From assembly GCA_944360115.1 (NCBI GenBank), contig CALVTH010000002.1, positions 6,853 through 70,852 of the forward strand: a DNA stretch of 64,000 bases, given 5' to 3'. Made by a program: the position numbers and the translations under genes. Source of the DNA: an uncultured Clostridia bacterium. GTDB lineage: Bacteria > Bacillota > Clostridia > Christensenellales > CAG-917. The notes below the pieces were generated by a model that saw only the letters and a list, made by a program, of their open reading frames with translations, did no database searches and was not told where the DNA came from. Shown in pieces: positions 10,019 to 18,680 of the stretch (its first letter is position 1; the number at the start of each line of letters is the position of its first letter).

Positions 10019-10039
10019 AATTCCTCTCGAACGGGCGGT

Positions 10040-10924
10040 TCAGTCGCCCTTTTCGTCCTCTTTATCTCCGTGTTTGAAGATTTTGCGGTTCCATTTCCTG
10101 GACCAGATGTCGATTTTCTGCAGGTCCATTCTCTCCGTGCCCGTGACATCGTAGAACACGGTGTACATCAGCACGACATAGAAGCTCAGCACGACGGAAT
10201 ATATCACGCCGTCCGCCACGACGCGCCACAGCACGCTCTCGGTGAGCGCGCCGACGACCACCGTCACGACGATGGCGGGCACATACACGAAAAACAGCGC
10301 GAGCGCCGCGGGAATCCTCCTGCCCGACATCTGTCGCCAGCCCATGCGGAACGCGTCGTATGAACGCAGTCCCGTGTGCAACATGAAAGGCGCCCACAAC
10401 ATCATGCCCGTGCTTACGAACAGCAGCAGCGCGCTGACGGCGAGCCAGCTCAGCGTCGAGAACGCCAGCCACTCGGCGCCCGCTCCGAAAGCCACCGCCC
10501 ACAGATAATACAGCACGGAGAGCAGCACATCCCCGAGCAGGAACGCCACGCCGTAGAAAAATCCGAAGCGCAACGCTGTGAGCAGATTGTAATTGAGGCG
10601 GGTCTTGGCGCGGCGGAAGGACAGGGTGAACTCCCCTATCCTCATGTGCCTGTCCACAATGCCGAACATCAGCGCGAACGCCACGACATAAAGCACCATG
10701 CCTATTATGCCGAGATAGAACACGCTGTACGGCAGGCGGTGAATGTCGGCGTACAACGCGCCGAAGTCGGTGAAAGTTATTTCGCGGTATTCGAGGAGAT
10801 AGTCGAGCGTCGCCGTCGGCGAGAAAAGCAACGCCGTAAGCAGGGACGGCACAATGGACAGGAGCACCAGATAGGGGCCCTTGTCGAAGAAATATCTGAA
10901 CGCCGACTTTGTATATCTCATCAT
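10040..10924 (-). CDS. polytopic membrane protein (about 6 TM), no family recognised
   Basis: Track ORF 10040..10945 (TTG start) trimmed to ATG 10922-10924 (MMRYTKSAFRYFF), which sits 6-7 nt after the SD AGGAGAG and 21 nt after the valS stop. Confidence 0.7.
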   Translation of the reverse strand: MMRYTKSAFRYFFDKGPYLVLLSIVPSLLTALLFSPTATLDYLLEYREITFTDFGALYADIHRLPYSVFYLGIIGMVLYVVAFALMFGIVDRHMRIGEFTLSFRRAKTRLNYNLLTALRFGFFYGVAFLLGDVLLSVLYYLWAVAFGAGAEWLAFSTLSWLAVSALLLFVSTGMMLWAPFMLHTGLRSYDAFRMGWRQMSGRRIPAALALFFVYVPAIVVTVVVGALTESVLWRVVADGVIYSVVLSFYVVLMYTVFYDVTGTERMDLQKIDIWSRKWNRKIFKHGDKEDEKGD

Positions 10925-10945
10925 GCTCCGCTCTCCTGTAGGCAA

Positions 10946-13570
10946 TCAGTCGCCGAGTGCCGCGAGTTTCTCTTTGAGTTTTGCCAGTTTCTCTTCGGCG
11001 CGCGCCAGTTTCTCGCGCTCGCCATCGACGAGTTTCTGCGGGGCTTTCGCCACGAAAGCGGCGTTGCCCAGCAGTTTGCCCAGACGGTCGACATCGGCGG
11101 CGGTCGCCGCAATGTCCTTTTGCAGTCTCTCTCTTTCCTTGTCGGTGTCGATGAGTTCGCCGAGAGGCACCAGCACTTCGGCAAGCGCGGTCACGACGGA
11201 CGCCACGGCGCCCTGCACTTCGTCCTTGCCGCCCACGACGGTGACCGAGGACAGCCCCGCGAGTTTTTCGAGATAGCCCGCCACGCCCGCTACGAAGGGA
11301 GCGTTGTCCGTCACCACGAAGGCGTCCACCTTCTTGGACGGCGGCACATTCATCTCGGCACGCATATTGCGGATTGCCACCACGGTTTCGCGCAGGGATT
11401 CGAACTGACGCTCCTCTTTCCTGAACACCGTCTTTTTGTTGTAGGCGGGCCAGTCGGACACCATAAGCACGCTGCCCTTGGGCGCGAACTTGGAATATAT
11501 CTCCTCGGTGACGAAGGGGATGAAGGGGTGCAGCAGTTTGAGAATGGCGGTGAGCACATAGGTGAGCATTGCCACGGCGTGGGAATGATCCTTCTTGTTG
11601 CCGCCGTAAAGCAGGGGTTTGCTCATCTCGATGTACCAGTCGCAGAACTCTGTCCAGGTGAAATCGTAAAGTCTCGCCGCCGCAAGTCCTATCTCGTATT
11701 TGTTGAGGTTTATGGTGACATCCTTGACGACATCGTTGAGACGGGTGAGAATCCACTTGTCCGCGCCGTTGAGTTTGGCGGGGAAAGTCAGGTCGTCGTC
11801 CTTTTCGATGTTCATCACGACGAAACGGCTGGCGTTCCAGAGTTTATTGACGAAGTTGCGGCAGCTTTCGATTTTGCCTTCCGTGAAACGGGTGTCGCTG
11901 CCGGGAGCAATGCCCGTCGCCAGCGAGAAGCGGAGCGCGTCCGCGCCGTAACGGTCGATGAGTTCGAGGGGGTCGACGCCGTTGCCCGCGCTCTTGGACA
12001 TCTTCTTGCCGTGCGGGTCGCGCACTATGCCGTGTATGAGCACCTCGGAGAAAGGCGGCTCGCCCATAATTTCCATACCGCTGAAAATCATCCTCGCCAC
12101 CCAGAAGAATATGATGTCGTAGGCGGTGACGAGCACGCTGGTGGGATAAAAATAGGACAGATTCTTGTTCTTGCGCGGATAGCCGAGGGTGCTGAACGGC
12201 CAGAGAGCCGAGGAGAACCAGGTGTCCAGCACATCTTCGTCCTGACGGAGATGTCCGCCGCACTTGGGACAACACTCGGGAGCCGTCTTCGCCACCGTCA
12301 TTTCGCCGCAGTCGTCGCAGTAGTAGGCGGGAATACGGTGACCCCACCACAGCTGACGGGAGATACACCAATCCTTGATGTTCTCCATCCAGTTGAAATA
12401 GGTCTTTTCGAAACGCTTGGGGATGAACTCCACTTTCTTGCTGCGCACGGCTTTGATTGCGGGCTCGGCAAGCGGCTTCATCCTGACGAACCATTGCTTG
12501 GACACGATGGCTTCCACCGTCTCGCCGCAACGGTAACATTCGCCGACATTGTGAGCATACGGCTCGATTTTCTCGAGATAGCCCTGCTTCTCGAGGTCCT
12601 CGACCACGGCTTTGCGGCAAGCCAGTCTGTCAAGTCCCGCGTACTTGCCCGCGTTTTCGTTCATAATGCCGCCGTCGTCGATGACGCGTATGACTTCGAG
12701 ATTGTGACGCAATCCCAGTTCGAAGTCGTTGGGGTCGTGCGCGGGGGTAATTTTGACCGCGCCCGTGCCGAAGCCCATTTCGACATAATCGTCGGCAACG
12801 ACGGGGATAATCCTGTCGGTGAGCGGCAGACGCAACATCCTGCCCACATAGGGCGCCATCTTCTCGTCCTTGGGATTGACCGCCACGGCGGTGTCGCCGA
12901 GCATGGTCTCGGGACGGGTGGTCGCTATTGTGATGTATCCGTCGCCCTCGACGAAGGGATAGCGGTAATACCAAAGGTTGGACTGCTGCTCGCGGTATTC
13001 CACCTCGGCGTCGCTGAGAGCCGTGCGGCAATGGGGACACCAGTTGATTATGCGGTCGCCGCGGTAAATCAGACCTTTCTTGTAATAGCGCACGAAAGCG
13101 TCAAGCACCGCCGCCGAGCAGTTCTTGTCCATCGTGAACGCCTCTTTCGACCAGTCGCAGGAGGTGCCCAGTCGTTTGAGCTGCTCGACAATCCTGCCGC
13201 CGAATTTATCTTTCCACGCCCACGCGCGCTCGAGGAACCCTTCCCTGCCGACATCGGCTTTGGTGAGCCCTTCCTCTTTCTTCATCTGCTCCACGATTTT
13301 GACTTCCGTGGCAATGGAAGCGTGGTCGGTGCCGGGCAACCACAGGGTCTCGAAACCGCTCATGCGCTTGAAACGCACGATGATGTCCTGCACCGTCTGA
13401 TTGAGCGCATGGCCCATGTGCAACTGCCCCGTTATGTTGGGCGGGGGCATCATTACGGTGAAAGGCTCTTTCTCGGAATTGGGATGAGCCTCGAAATATT
13501 TGCCTTTCATCCAGAAGTCGTAGATACGCTTCTCAAAACTGGGATCGTATGTCTTGTCCATTGTGTCCAT
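10946..13570 (-). CDS. valS: valine--tRNA ligase
   Basis: 874 aa with the HIGH region PPPNITGQLHMGHAL, KMSKS (GKKMSKSAGN) and a C-terminal coiled coil typical of ValRS. Confidence 0.97.
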   Translation of the reverse strand: MDTMDKTYDPSFEKRIYDFWMKGKYFEAHPNSEKEPFTVMMPPPNITGQLHMGHALNQTVQDIIVRFKRMSGFETLWLPGTDHASIATEVKIVEQMKKEEGLTKADVGREGFLERAWAWKDKFGGRIVEQLKRLGTSCDWSKEAFTMDKNCSAAVLDAFVRYYKKGLIYRGDRIINWCPHCRTALSDAEVEYREQQSNLWYYRYPFVEGDGYITIATTRPETMLGDTAVAVNPKDEKMAPYVGRMLRLPLTDRIIPVVADDYVEMGFGTGAVKITPAHDPNDFELGLRHNLEVIRVIDDGGIMNENAGKYAGLDRLACRKAVVEDLEKQGYLEKIEPYAHNVGECYRCGETVEAIVSKQWFVRMKPLAEPAIKAVRSKKVEFIPKRFEKTYFNWMENIKDWCISRQLWWGHRIPAYYCDDCGEMTVAKTAPECCPKCGGHLRQDEDVLDTWFSSALWPFSTLGYPRKNKNLSYFYPTSVLVTAYDIIFFWVARMIFSGMEIMGEPPFSEVLIHGIVRDPHGKKMSKSAGNGVDPLELIDRYGADALRFSLATGIAPGSDTRFTEGKIESCRNFVNKLWNASRFVVMNIEKDDDLTFPAKLNGADKWILTRLNDVVKDVTINLNKYEIGLAAARLYDFTWTEFCDWYIEMSKPLLYGGNKKDHSHAVAMLTYVLTAILKLLHPFIPFVTEEIYSKFAPKGSVLMVSDWPAYNKKTVFRKEERQFESLRETVVAIRNMRAEMNVPPSKKVDAFVVTDNAPFVAGVAGYLEKLAGLSSVTVVGGKDEVQGAVASVVTALAEVLVPLGELIDTDKERERLQKDIAATAADVDRLGKLLGNAAFVAKAPQKLVDGEREKLARAEEKLAKLKEKLAALGD

Positions 13571-13680
13571 ACAGTGTGTCCGTTTCCTTCAACAACTCCC
13601 CGCAAGGGGGAAGATAATAGCCTTTGTGTCCGGCGTCGCTCCGCACTCTCCGCAAACGGCGGCGTGCGGCGGTCGCCGCA

Positions 13681-14490
13681 TTATTTGTCGGAGTCGTCCG
13701 AACCCGTCTCGCCGTTGACCGCGCCGTCCGCTTTCTCTTCGCCGACCGCGCCGTCCGTGCGCTCCGCGGTATAATTCACCGCGCCGTCCTCGGGCACGAT
13801 GAAATTGTTGCTGCTGTCGGTGACTTTGACGCTCTCGGCGGTTGCGGCAGCCATTTCGCCCGCATTGATTTTGCGTATCTGCTTGAGTATGTCGACGAGA
13901 TAGTTTATCGCCGCGCCGTAACTGAGACACACGCCCCACGCCAGCACGCCCCAGTCGGCGAATTTGACATAGGGGTGGAAGAAGGACAGCACCACGCCGG
14001 CAGACACCGTCACCGCGGCGACCTTGCCCATCCAGTTTGCCTGCACTTTGGCGCCCTTTTTCATCACGAGCGGCGCAATGCACACCATGAGCCCTTCCTT
14101 GACGAGCAGCAGAATGACGAAAGCGTAATGCACATACCATCCGCCGCTTTCGGGAGCCGTCGCTTCGCCGAGGGCGGTAAGCCCCGTGCACAGCGACAGA
14201 CAGAACAGCACCGACACATGCATGAGTTTGTCGGCGAGCGGGTCGAGCGCCATACCGATACCCGATGTCATGTTGAATTTGCGCGCAATCCAGCCGTCCA
14301 CGAGGTCGGAAGCTGCCGCAACGACGAACACGCCGAACGCTATGTAGAGCAATGTCGGATTGTTGCGAACGCCGGCAAGCGCCATAAGGACGATGTAGGC
14401 GGGAATGCAAAGAATGCGGAAATAAGTGATGAGGTTCGGGATAGTCCAAAGCTCTTTCTTGTCAATCTGACCCATACCCTTGTAAGCCAT
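13681..14490 (-). CDS. pgsA: CDP-diacylglycerol--glycerol-3-phosphate 3-phosphatidyltransferase with a ~70-aa acidic C-terminal extension
   Basis: CDP-alcohol phosphatidyltransferase motif DLVDGWIARKFNMTSGIGMALDPLADK. 269 aa, versus about 190 aa that I recall for typical PgsA. Confidence 0.85.
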   Translation of the reverse strand: MAYKGMGQIDKKELWTIPNLITYFRILCIPAYIVLMALAGVRNNPTLLYIAFGVFVVAAASDLVDGWIARKFNMTSGIGMALDPLADKLMHVSVLFCLSLCTGLTALGEATAPESGGWYVHYAFVILLLVKEGLMVCIAPLVMKKGAKVQANWMGKVAAVTVSAGVVLSFFHPYVKFADWGVLAWGVCLSYGAAINYLVDILKQIRKINAGEMAAATAESVKVTDSSNNFIVPEDGAVNYTAERTDGAVGEEKADGAVNGETGSDDSDK

Positions 14491-14522
14491 AAATTCACCT
14501 GCCCGGATTTTTGACTTTTGCC

Positions 14523-14551
14523 ATTATACCACGCCCGCGCGTATATGTAAA
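14523..14551 (-). promoter_or_regulatory. sigma-A-type promoter of pgsA: TTTACA-17-TGgTATAAT
   Basis: Minus strand: TTTACA (14546-14551), a 17-nt spacer, and an extended -10 TGGTATAAT (14523-14531). It lies about 30 nt upstream of ATG 14490. Confidence 0.7.
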
Positions 14552-14679
14552 CCGTTTTGAGGCGGCTTGAAACACCCAAAAAAAAGCGACGCATCTTTCC
14601 GAAATACGGGCGCAAGGCACCGAACAAAGTCATGTTTTTCCGTTTGTCGCACCGGCGGACTCTGATTGCGGAAAATCGC

Positions 14680-14705
14680 AAAACGCGGCTTTTATGCCGC
14701 GTTTT
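14680..14705 (-). terminator. intrinsic terminator after the HAD hydrolase gene
   Basis: Perfect 10-bp stem AAAACGCGGC/GCCGCGTTTT with a 6-nt loop. On the minus strand it is followed by GCGATTTTCC. Confidence 0.6.
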
Positions 14706-14750
14706 CGATGTTTGAAACGGTTGTTATTGCGGAACGCCTTGACGGAGTTC

Positions 14751-15401
14751 TCAGTCGCCGAGCACCAGCGAGACGACATCCTCGGGCTTGTCGACAATGT
14801 AATCCGCGCCGTGCGCTTCGAGTTCCGCCCTGTCGCCGTAGCCCCACAGCACTCCCGCCGAGACCACGCCCGTCTCCTTTGCGCCGTCGATGTCGTACAG
14901 CCTGTCGCCCACCATAAGCACCCTGCTCCTGTCCACGGGCGCAAACGCCGCGAGCACATATTCTATGACATCGGCTTTGCGGTCGCGGGAATCGTCGCTC
15001 TCCGCGCCGCCCACGAAATCGAAATACTTCCTGAGGTCGAGACCGTCCACTATCTGGTTCGTGAATTTCAGGGGTTTCGAAGTGGCGACGGCAAGTCTCA
15101 CACCGTGCGCCCGAAGCGCCGACAGCATATCCTCTATGCCCGCGAAAAGTTCGCAGTGCCAGCCGTCGTGCTCGTATTCGGTACGGTATATTTTTATGAG
15201 CCTCTCCACCCTTTCCTCGTCCGTCACGCCGTACATCTCGCGCATAGCCACACGGAAAGGAGGCCCAACCATTTTCTTCAGCTGCTCTTCGGTATAGGGT
15301 ATCCCCACGCCGTCGAGGGCGTGCCTGATACACACCAGAATGCTCTCCATACTGTCGGCGAGCGTTCCGTCGAAATCGAAAAGAACGGCGTCGAATCTCA
15401 T
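14751..15401 (-). CDS. HAD-superfamily hydrolase (phosphoglycolate phosphatase/PpaX-like)
   Basis: Track ORF 14751..15584 trimmed to ATG 15399-15401 (MRFDAVLFDFDGTLADS, HAD motif I). Motif IV is VGDRLYDIDGA. Confidence 0.85.
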   Translation of the reverse strand: MRFDAVLFDFDGTLADSMESILVCIRHALDGVGIPYTEEQLKKMVGPPFRVAMREMYGVTDEERVERLIKIYRTEYEHDGWHCELFAGIEDMLSALRAHGVRLAVATSKPLKFTNQIVDGLDLRKYFDFVGGAESDDSRDRKADVIEYVLAAFAPVDRSRVLMVGDRLYDIDGAKETGVVSAGVLWGYGDRAELEAHGADYIVDKPEDVVSLVLGD

Positions 15402-15402
15402 A

Positions 15403-16374
15403 TTACAGCGTATGGGCGATGAAGTCCGTCCTCTCCTCGTCGGTGAGGGCGATTGCGGGGATGTCGAGAATGGTGAGCGCGCCGCGCTTGCCTTCGTTGT
15501 ACATCTTGTAGGCCGCCGCCGCATACGCCATGAGGACGGAAGCGGTAAAGTCGGGGTTGCTCTCGAGTTTGAGGGCGAATTCAAGCGAGCAGTCCTTGCC
15601 CTGCGCCTTGCCCGAGCGGAGCACGAAACCGCCGTGCGGCATTGCCGTATGGTCGCGGTCGAATTCTTCCTCGGTGATGAAATGGACGATAGTGTCGTAT
15701 TCGTCGAAGTAGTTGGGCATCGTGACGATGCTCTTCTCGATTGCCGCCTTGTCCGCGCCTTCCGCCGCCACGACGAAACATTCGCGCAGGTGCTTGTCGC
15801 GGGTGGTCAGACCTTCTCCCCTGCCCGAACGCGCCGCTTCGAGCGCGGCTTCCTTGGGCACGGTGTACTGCACGCCCTTGACCACTCCCTCGATCTTTCT
15901 TATGGCTTCGCTGTGCCCCTGAGAAACGCCCTTGCCCCAGAAGGTCTGGGTGTTGCCTTCGGCGAGCACTCCGCCGAATACGGCGCGCATGAGCGAGAAG
16001 AGACCGGGATCCCAGCCTATGCCGATGAGCGACAGCGTGCCGCTCGCGGTGGTTATGCGCTGCATATCGTTGACATAGTCGCGCATACGGGCGTGGGTGT
16101 CGAAGCTGTCCACGGTGTTGAAGGACGCGGCGCAACGCTTGCCGAGTTCGGTGAGGTCGTTGGCGGAACCCGTGCACAACGCGAGCACATCTATTTTTCC
16201 CTTGAAACTTTCTATGTCGTCCTGTCTGAAGAAAGGCGTGCCGAAAGGCGAAGTCATCGCGGCGGGATCACGACGGGTGAAAATGCCCACAAGGTCGAAT
16301 TTCCCGCTGTTTGCGGCGATTTTTTCGCACGCTCTGCCGAGGTTGCCGTAGCCGACTATAGCAAATCTTATCAT
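15403..16374 (-). CDS. ddh: meso-diaminopimelate D-dehydrogenase
   Basis: Track ORF trimmed to ATG 16372-16374 (MIRFAIVGYGNLGR) after the SD GGAGG. Close resemblance along its length to Corynebacterium Ddh as I recall it (GWDPGLFS, FWGKGVSQGHS, NPDFTAS). Confidence 0.85.
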   Translation of the reverse strand: MIRFAIVGYGNLGRACEKIAANSGKFDLVGIFTRRDPAAMTSPFGTPFFRQDDIESFKGKIDVLALCTGSANDLTELGKRCAASFNTVDSFDTHARMRDYVNDMQRITTASGTLSLIGIGWDPGLFSLMRAVFGGVLAEGNTQTFWGKGVSQGHSEAIRKIEGVVKGVQYTVPKEAALEAARSGRGEGLTTRDKHLRECFVVAAEGADKAAIEKSIVTMPNYFDEYDTIVHFITEEEFDRDHTAMPHGGFVLRSGKAQGKDCSLEFALKLESNPDFTASVLMAYAAAAYKMYNEGKRGALTILDIPAIALTDEERTDFIAHTL

Positions 16375-16414
16375 ATATCCTCCTGCCTGCCCTGAGCGGG
16401 CTCCGATCGTCGCA

Positions 16415-16443
16415 ATTTTACAGCAACCGCCCGAAAAACGCAA
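16415..16443 (-). promoter_or_regulatory. candidate promoter of ddh: TTGCGT-17-TAAAAT
   Basis: Minus strand: TTGCGT (16438-16443), a 17-nt spacer, TAAAAT (16415-16420). A divergent plus-strand TTGACG (16448-16453)-17-CAAATT is a weak candidate for mazF. Confidence 0.55.
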
Positions 16444-16539
16444 CCGATTGACGGCTATTGCGCAGCGAACCAAATTCCCGACCGACCGCATAGTGTGTAG
16501 TGGTTATAAAAACGCGCGTTTCGGCAATGCTTCGGGAGT

Positions 16540-16893
16540 ATGGAAATGATAAAACGCGGAGAGATATATTACGCCGACCTCAGTCCCGTGGTGGGCAGCG
16601 AACAGGGCGGAGTGCGCCCCGTGCTCGTCGTGCAGAACGATGTCGGCAACCGTTTCAGCCCCACCGTCATAGCCGCCGCCATAACCTCGCAGCTGGACAA
16701 GGCCAAACTCCCCACGCACATAGCGCTCCCCGCCGACAAATTCGGCTTGCCCAAGAACTCCGTCGTCCTGCTCGAACAGATACGCACCCTCGACAAACGC
16801 CGCCTCAAAGAAAAAATCGGCGAACTTTCCGCCGATATGATGACGAGAGTCAACGAAGCCCTGCTCGTCTCCCTCGGATTTTTCCAGATGTAA
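16540..16893 (+). CDS. mazF: MazF/EndoA (PemK-family) type II toxin endoribonuclease
   Basis: 117 aa. [46 protein letters not shown]...[13 protein letters not shown] is near-identical in pattern to B. subtilis EndoA/NdoA as I recall it. Confidence 0.9.
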   Translation: MEMIKRGEIYYADLSPVVGSEQGGVRPVLVVQNDVGNRFSPTVIAAAITSQLDKAKLPTHIALPADKFGLPKNSVVLLEQIRTLDKRRLKEKIGELSADMMTRVNEALLVSLGFFQM

Positions 16894-16920
16894 AGAAAAC
16901 AAGCGTTTCCCCGCCATATC

Positions 16921-16942
16921 GGCGCGTCGCCGCGCCCATTTG
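16921..16942 (+). terminator. weak hairpin after mazF
   Basis: GGCGCG-TCGC-CGCGCC followed by CATTTG. The T-tract is poor. Confidence 0.35.
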
Positions 16943-16991
16943 CCGCGTCCTTCGCCTCATCCTTTGCCGCGCCGACGGCGCGAGGGCGCAC

Positions 16992-17897
16992 CTACAGTCT
17001 CATCACGCCCTGCAATTCGTCGAACACGAGCGGCAACACGCTCATTATGTCGTCAGGCAGGTGCGAAATCGCGTTGGTGGCGCTCAATTCCGCGCACCGT
17101 CCCAGGGAGTACGCTCCCACGCGGGCGGCAAGCAGCGGCTCCACGCCCCATGCCAACATTCCACCGATTATACCCGACAACACATCGCCGCTTCCGCCTT
17201 TGGACAGGCGCGCGTTGCCGGTGCGGTTGATATACACTTCCCTGCCGTCCGACACAAAACTTTCGTGCCCTTTGAGCAACAGAACACAGTCCAGTTTTCT
17301 TGCCCATTCGCGGCACACTTCAGCCGCGTTTTCCGCTATCTGTTCGGACGGAATACCCGAAATGCGCGACATTTCGCCCGTGTGCGGGGTCAGCACCGCA
17401 CGCCCTCCGAACCCGCCGACCTCCGCCGCGCATTTCAGCCCGTCGGCGTCCAGCACCAAGCGGCAATCGGTTTTGTCGAGAACATAGCGCGCATACGACA
17501 GCGCGTCGCCGTCGCCCATTCCCATACCGATTGCAACGGCGGTCGCCCCCTTGAAAACCTTTTTAGCGGCGGCTTCGTCGAACACTATCGCGCCGTTTGA
17601 CGACGGCAACGCCATTGCCGCGGAATAACGCAACGAAGGATAAACGGCGGCAAGCAGAAAATCGGGAAGCGCAAGCACCGTGGTGCCTGCCCCCGAACGC
17701 ATCGCCGCTTCTCCCAGAAGCGCCAGCACCTCGGCGGCGCTCTCGGCGGAAAAACGCGGCGCGCCGACGAAATTCTCGCTTCCGCCCACTATCACACACC
17801 TGCCGAAATCGCCTTTGTTGCCCTCGTCGGTGCGGAAAGGTAATGTGAATTGCAGACTTTGCAAATCGTTTTCAATCGGGAATTTTGTTTCGTTCAT
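16992..17897 (-). CDS. nnrD: ADP-dependent NAD(P)H-hydrate dehydratase (YjeF C-terminal domain type)
   Basis: 301 aa with DFGRCVIVGGSENFVGAP, LTPHTGEM and KGGSGDVLSG motifs. Confidence 0.85.
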   Translation of the reverse strand: MNETKFPIENDLQSLQFTLPFRTDEGNKGDFGRCVIVGGSENFVGAPRFSAESAAEVLALLGEAAMRSGAGTTVLALPDFLLAAVYPSLRYSAAMALPSSNGAIVFDEAAAKKVFKGATAVAIGMGMGDGDALSYARYVLDKTDCRLVLDADGLKCAAEVGGFGGRAVLTPHTGEMSRISGIPSEQIAENAAEVCREWARKLDCVLLLKGHESFVSDGREVYINRTGNARLSKGGSGDVLSGIIGGMLAWGVEPLLAARVGAYSLGRCAELSATNAISHLPDDIMSVLPLVFDELQGVMRL

Positions 17898-17931
17898 TCC
17901 GTCACGAGACCTCTCTTTCCGTGCCTGCCGT

Positions 17932-18483
17932 TCAAAATTCGTCGCCGCCGAACCCGCGCGCTATCTCATCCAGCACGCCGTCTATAACGGACCTGTCGAA
18001 CCCGTTGCGGTACAGGTGCGCGCCCACCTTCCCGAGGTCCTTTCTCTCGGCTATTCTCTTCGCGGCGACATATTTCCGCGCCATTTGCAACGCCTTTTCC
18101 CGCTCTTCGTCGTCGGGAATTTTGTCGGCTATTGCCGCGCGCGCCACATCGACCGCGACGCCTTTTTCGAACACCAGCTTGTATTCCAGTTTCTTGCGAC
18201 CCGTCCGCGCACCGTAATATTCGGCGAAATCCTGCGCGTACTTTTCGTCGTCGATATAACGGTAGCCTTTGGCGCGGGAGATTGCTTCCTCCACTTCGCC
18301 TTTGTGATATCCTTTCTTGTACAGTTTGTCCCGCACTTCCTTCTCGGAACGCGGTGCGACGGACAGATATCTGACGGCGGCGTCGAACGCGGAAACCGCG
18401 GGCTTACCGCCCGCCTGTTTCTTGTCGGCGGACCTGCCGCCCGCCTTTTCCGTCGCGCCGTCTTTGTTCGATTGTTCCGACAT
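17932..18483 (-). CDS. recX: recombination regulator RecX
   Basis: 183 aa with repeated three-helix RecX pattern (AVRYLSVAPRSEKEVRDKLYKKGY..., IDDEKYAQDFAEYY...). Confidence 0.8.
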   Translation of the reverse strand: MSEQSNKDGATEKAGGRSADKKQAGGKPAVSAFDAAVRYLSVAPRSEKEVRDKLYKKGYHKGEVEEAISRAKGYRYIDDEKYAQDFAEYYGARTGRKKLEYKLVFEKGVAVDVARAAIADKIPDDEEREKALQMARKYVAAKRIAERKDLGKVGAHLYRNGFDRSVIDGVLDEIARGFGGDEF

Positions 18484-18644
18484 ATCCTTCCGCCCCCTTG
18501 TTGCCGTCCGGCGCGGATTTCAGCAGATTTCCGCAGGCCTCCGCGCACCCGTTTTGCCCGTTCGCGGCTCGCGCCGTTTGCGGCTTCGACCGGCGCGATA
18601 AAGCCGATAAACACGGATTTCCCGCAATCTAAACGGGTTTTTCT

Positions 18645-18673
18645 AAAAAACGCCGCCGCAAATCGCGGCGGCG
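18645..18673 (-). terminator. intrinsic terminator after ilvE
   Basis: Minus strand: CGCCGCCGC-GATTT-GCGGCGGCG followed by TTTTTTAG, 8 nt after the ilvE stop. Confidence 0.75.
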
Positions 18674-18680
18674 TCGCACT

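Noticed and set aside
18484-18644. Shared CGC(A/G)AACGG(G)C motifs in the recX leader, the smpB leader (39312-39355) and the pgsA-valS spacer.
   Set aside because: The matches are 11 nt or shorter, in inconsistent orientations, and in GC-rich DNA where such matches are expected by chance. Only the local 17-nt repeat pair in the smpB leader is reported.
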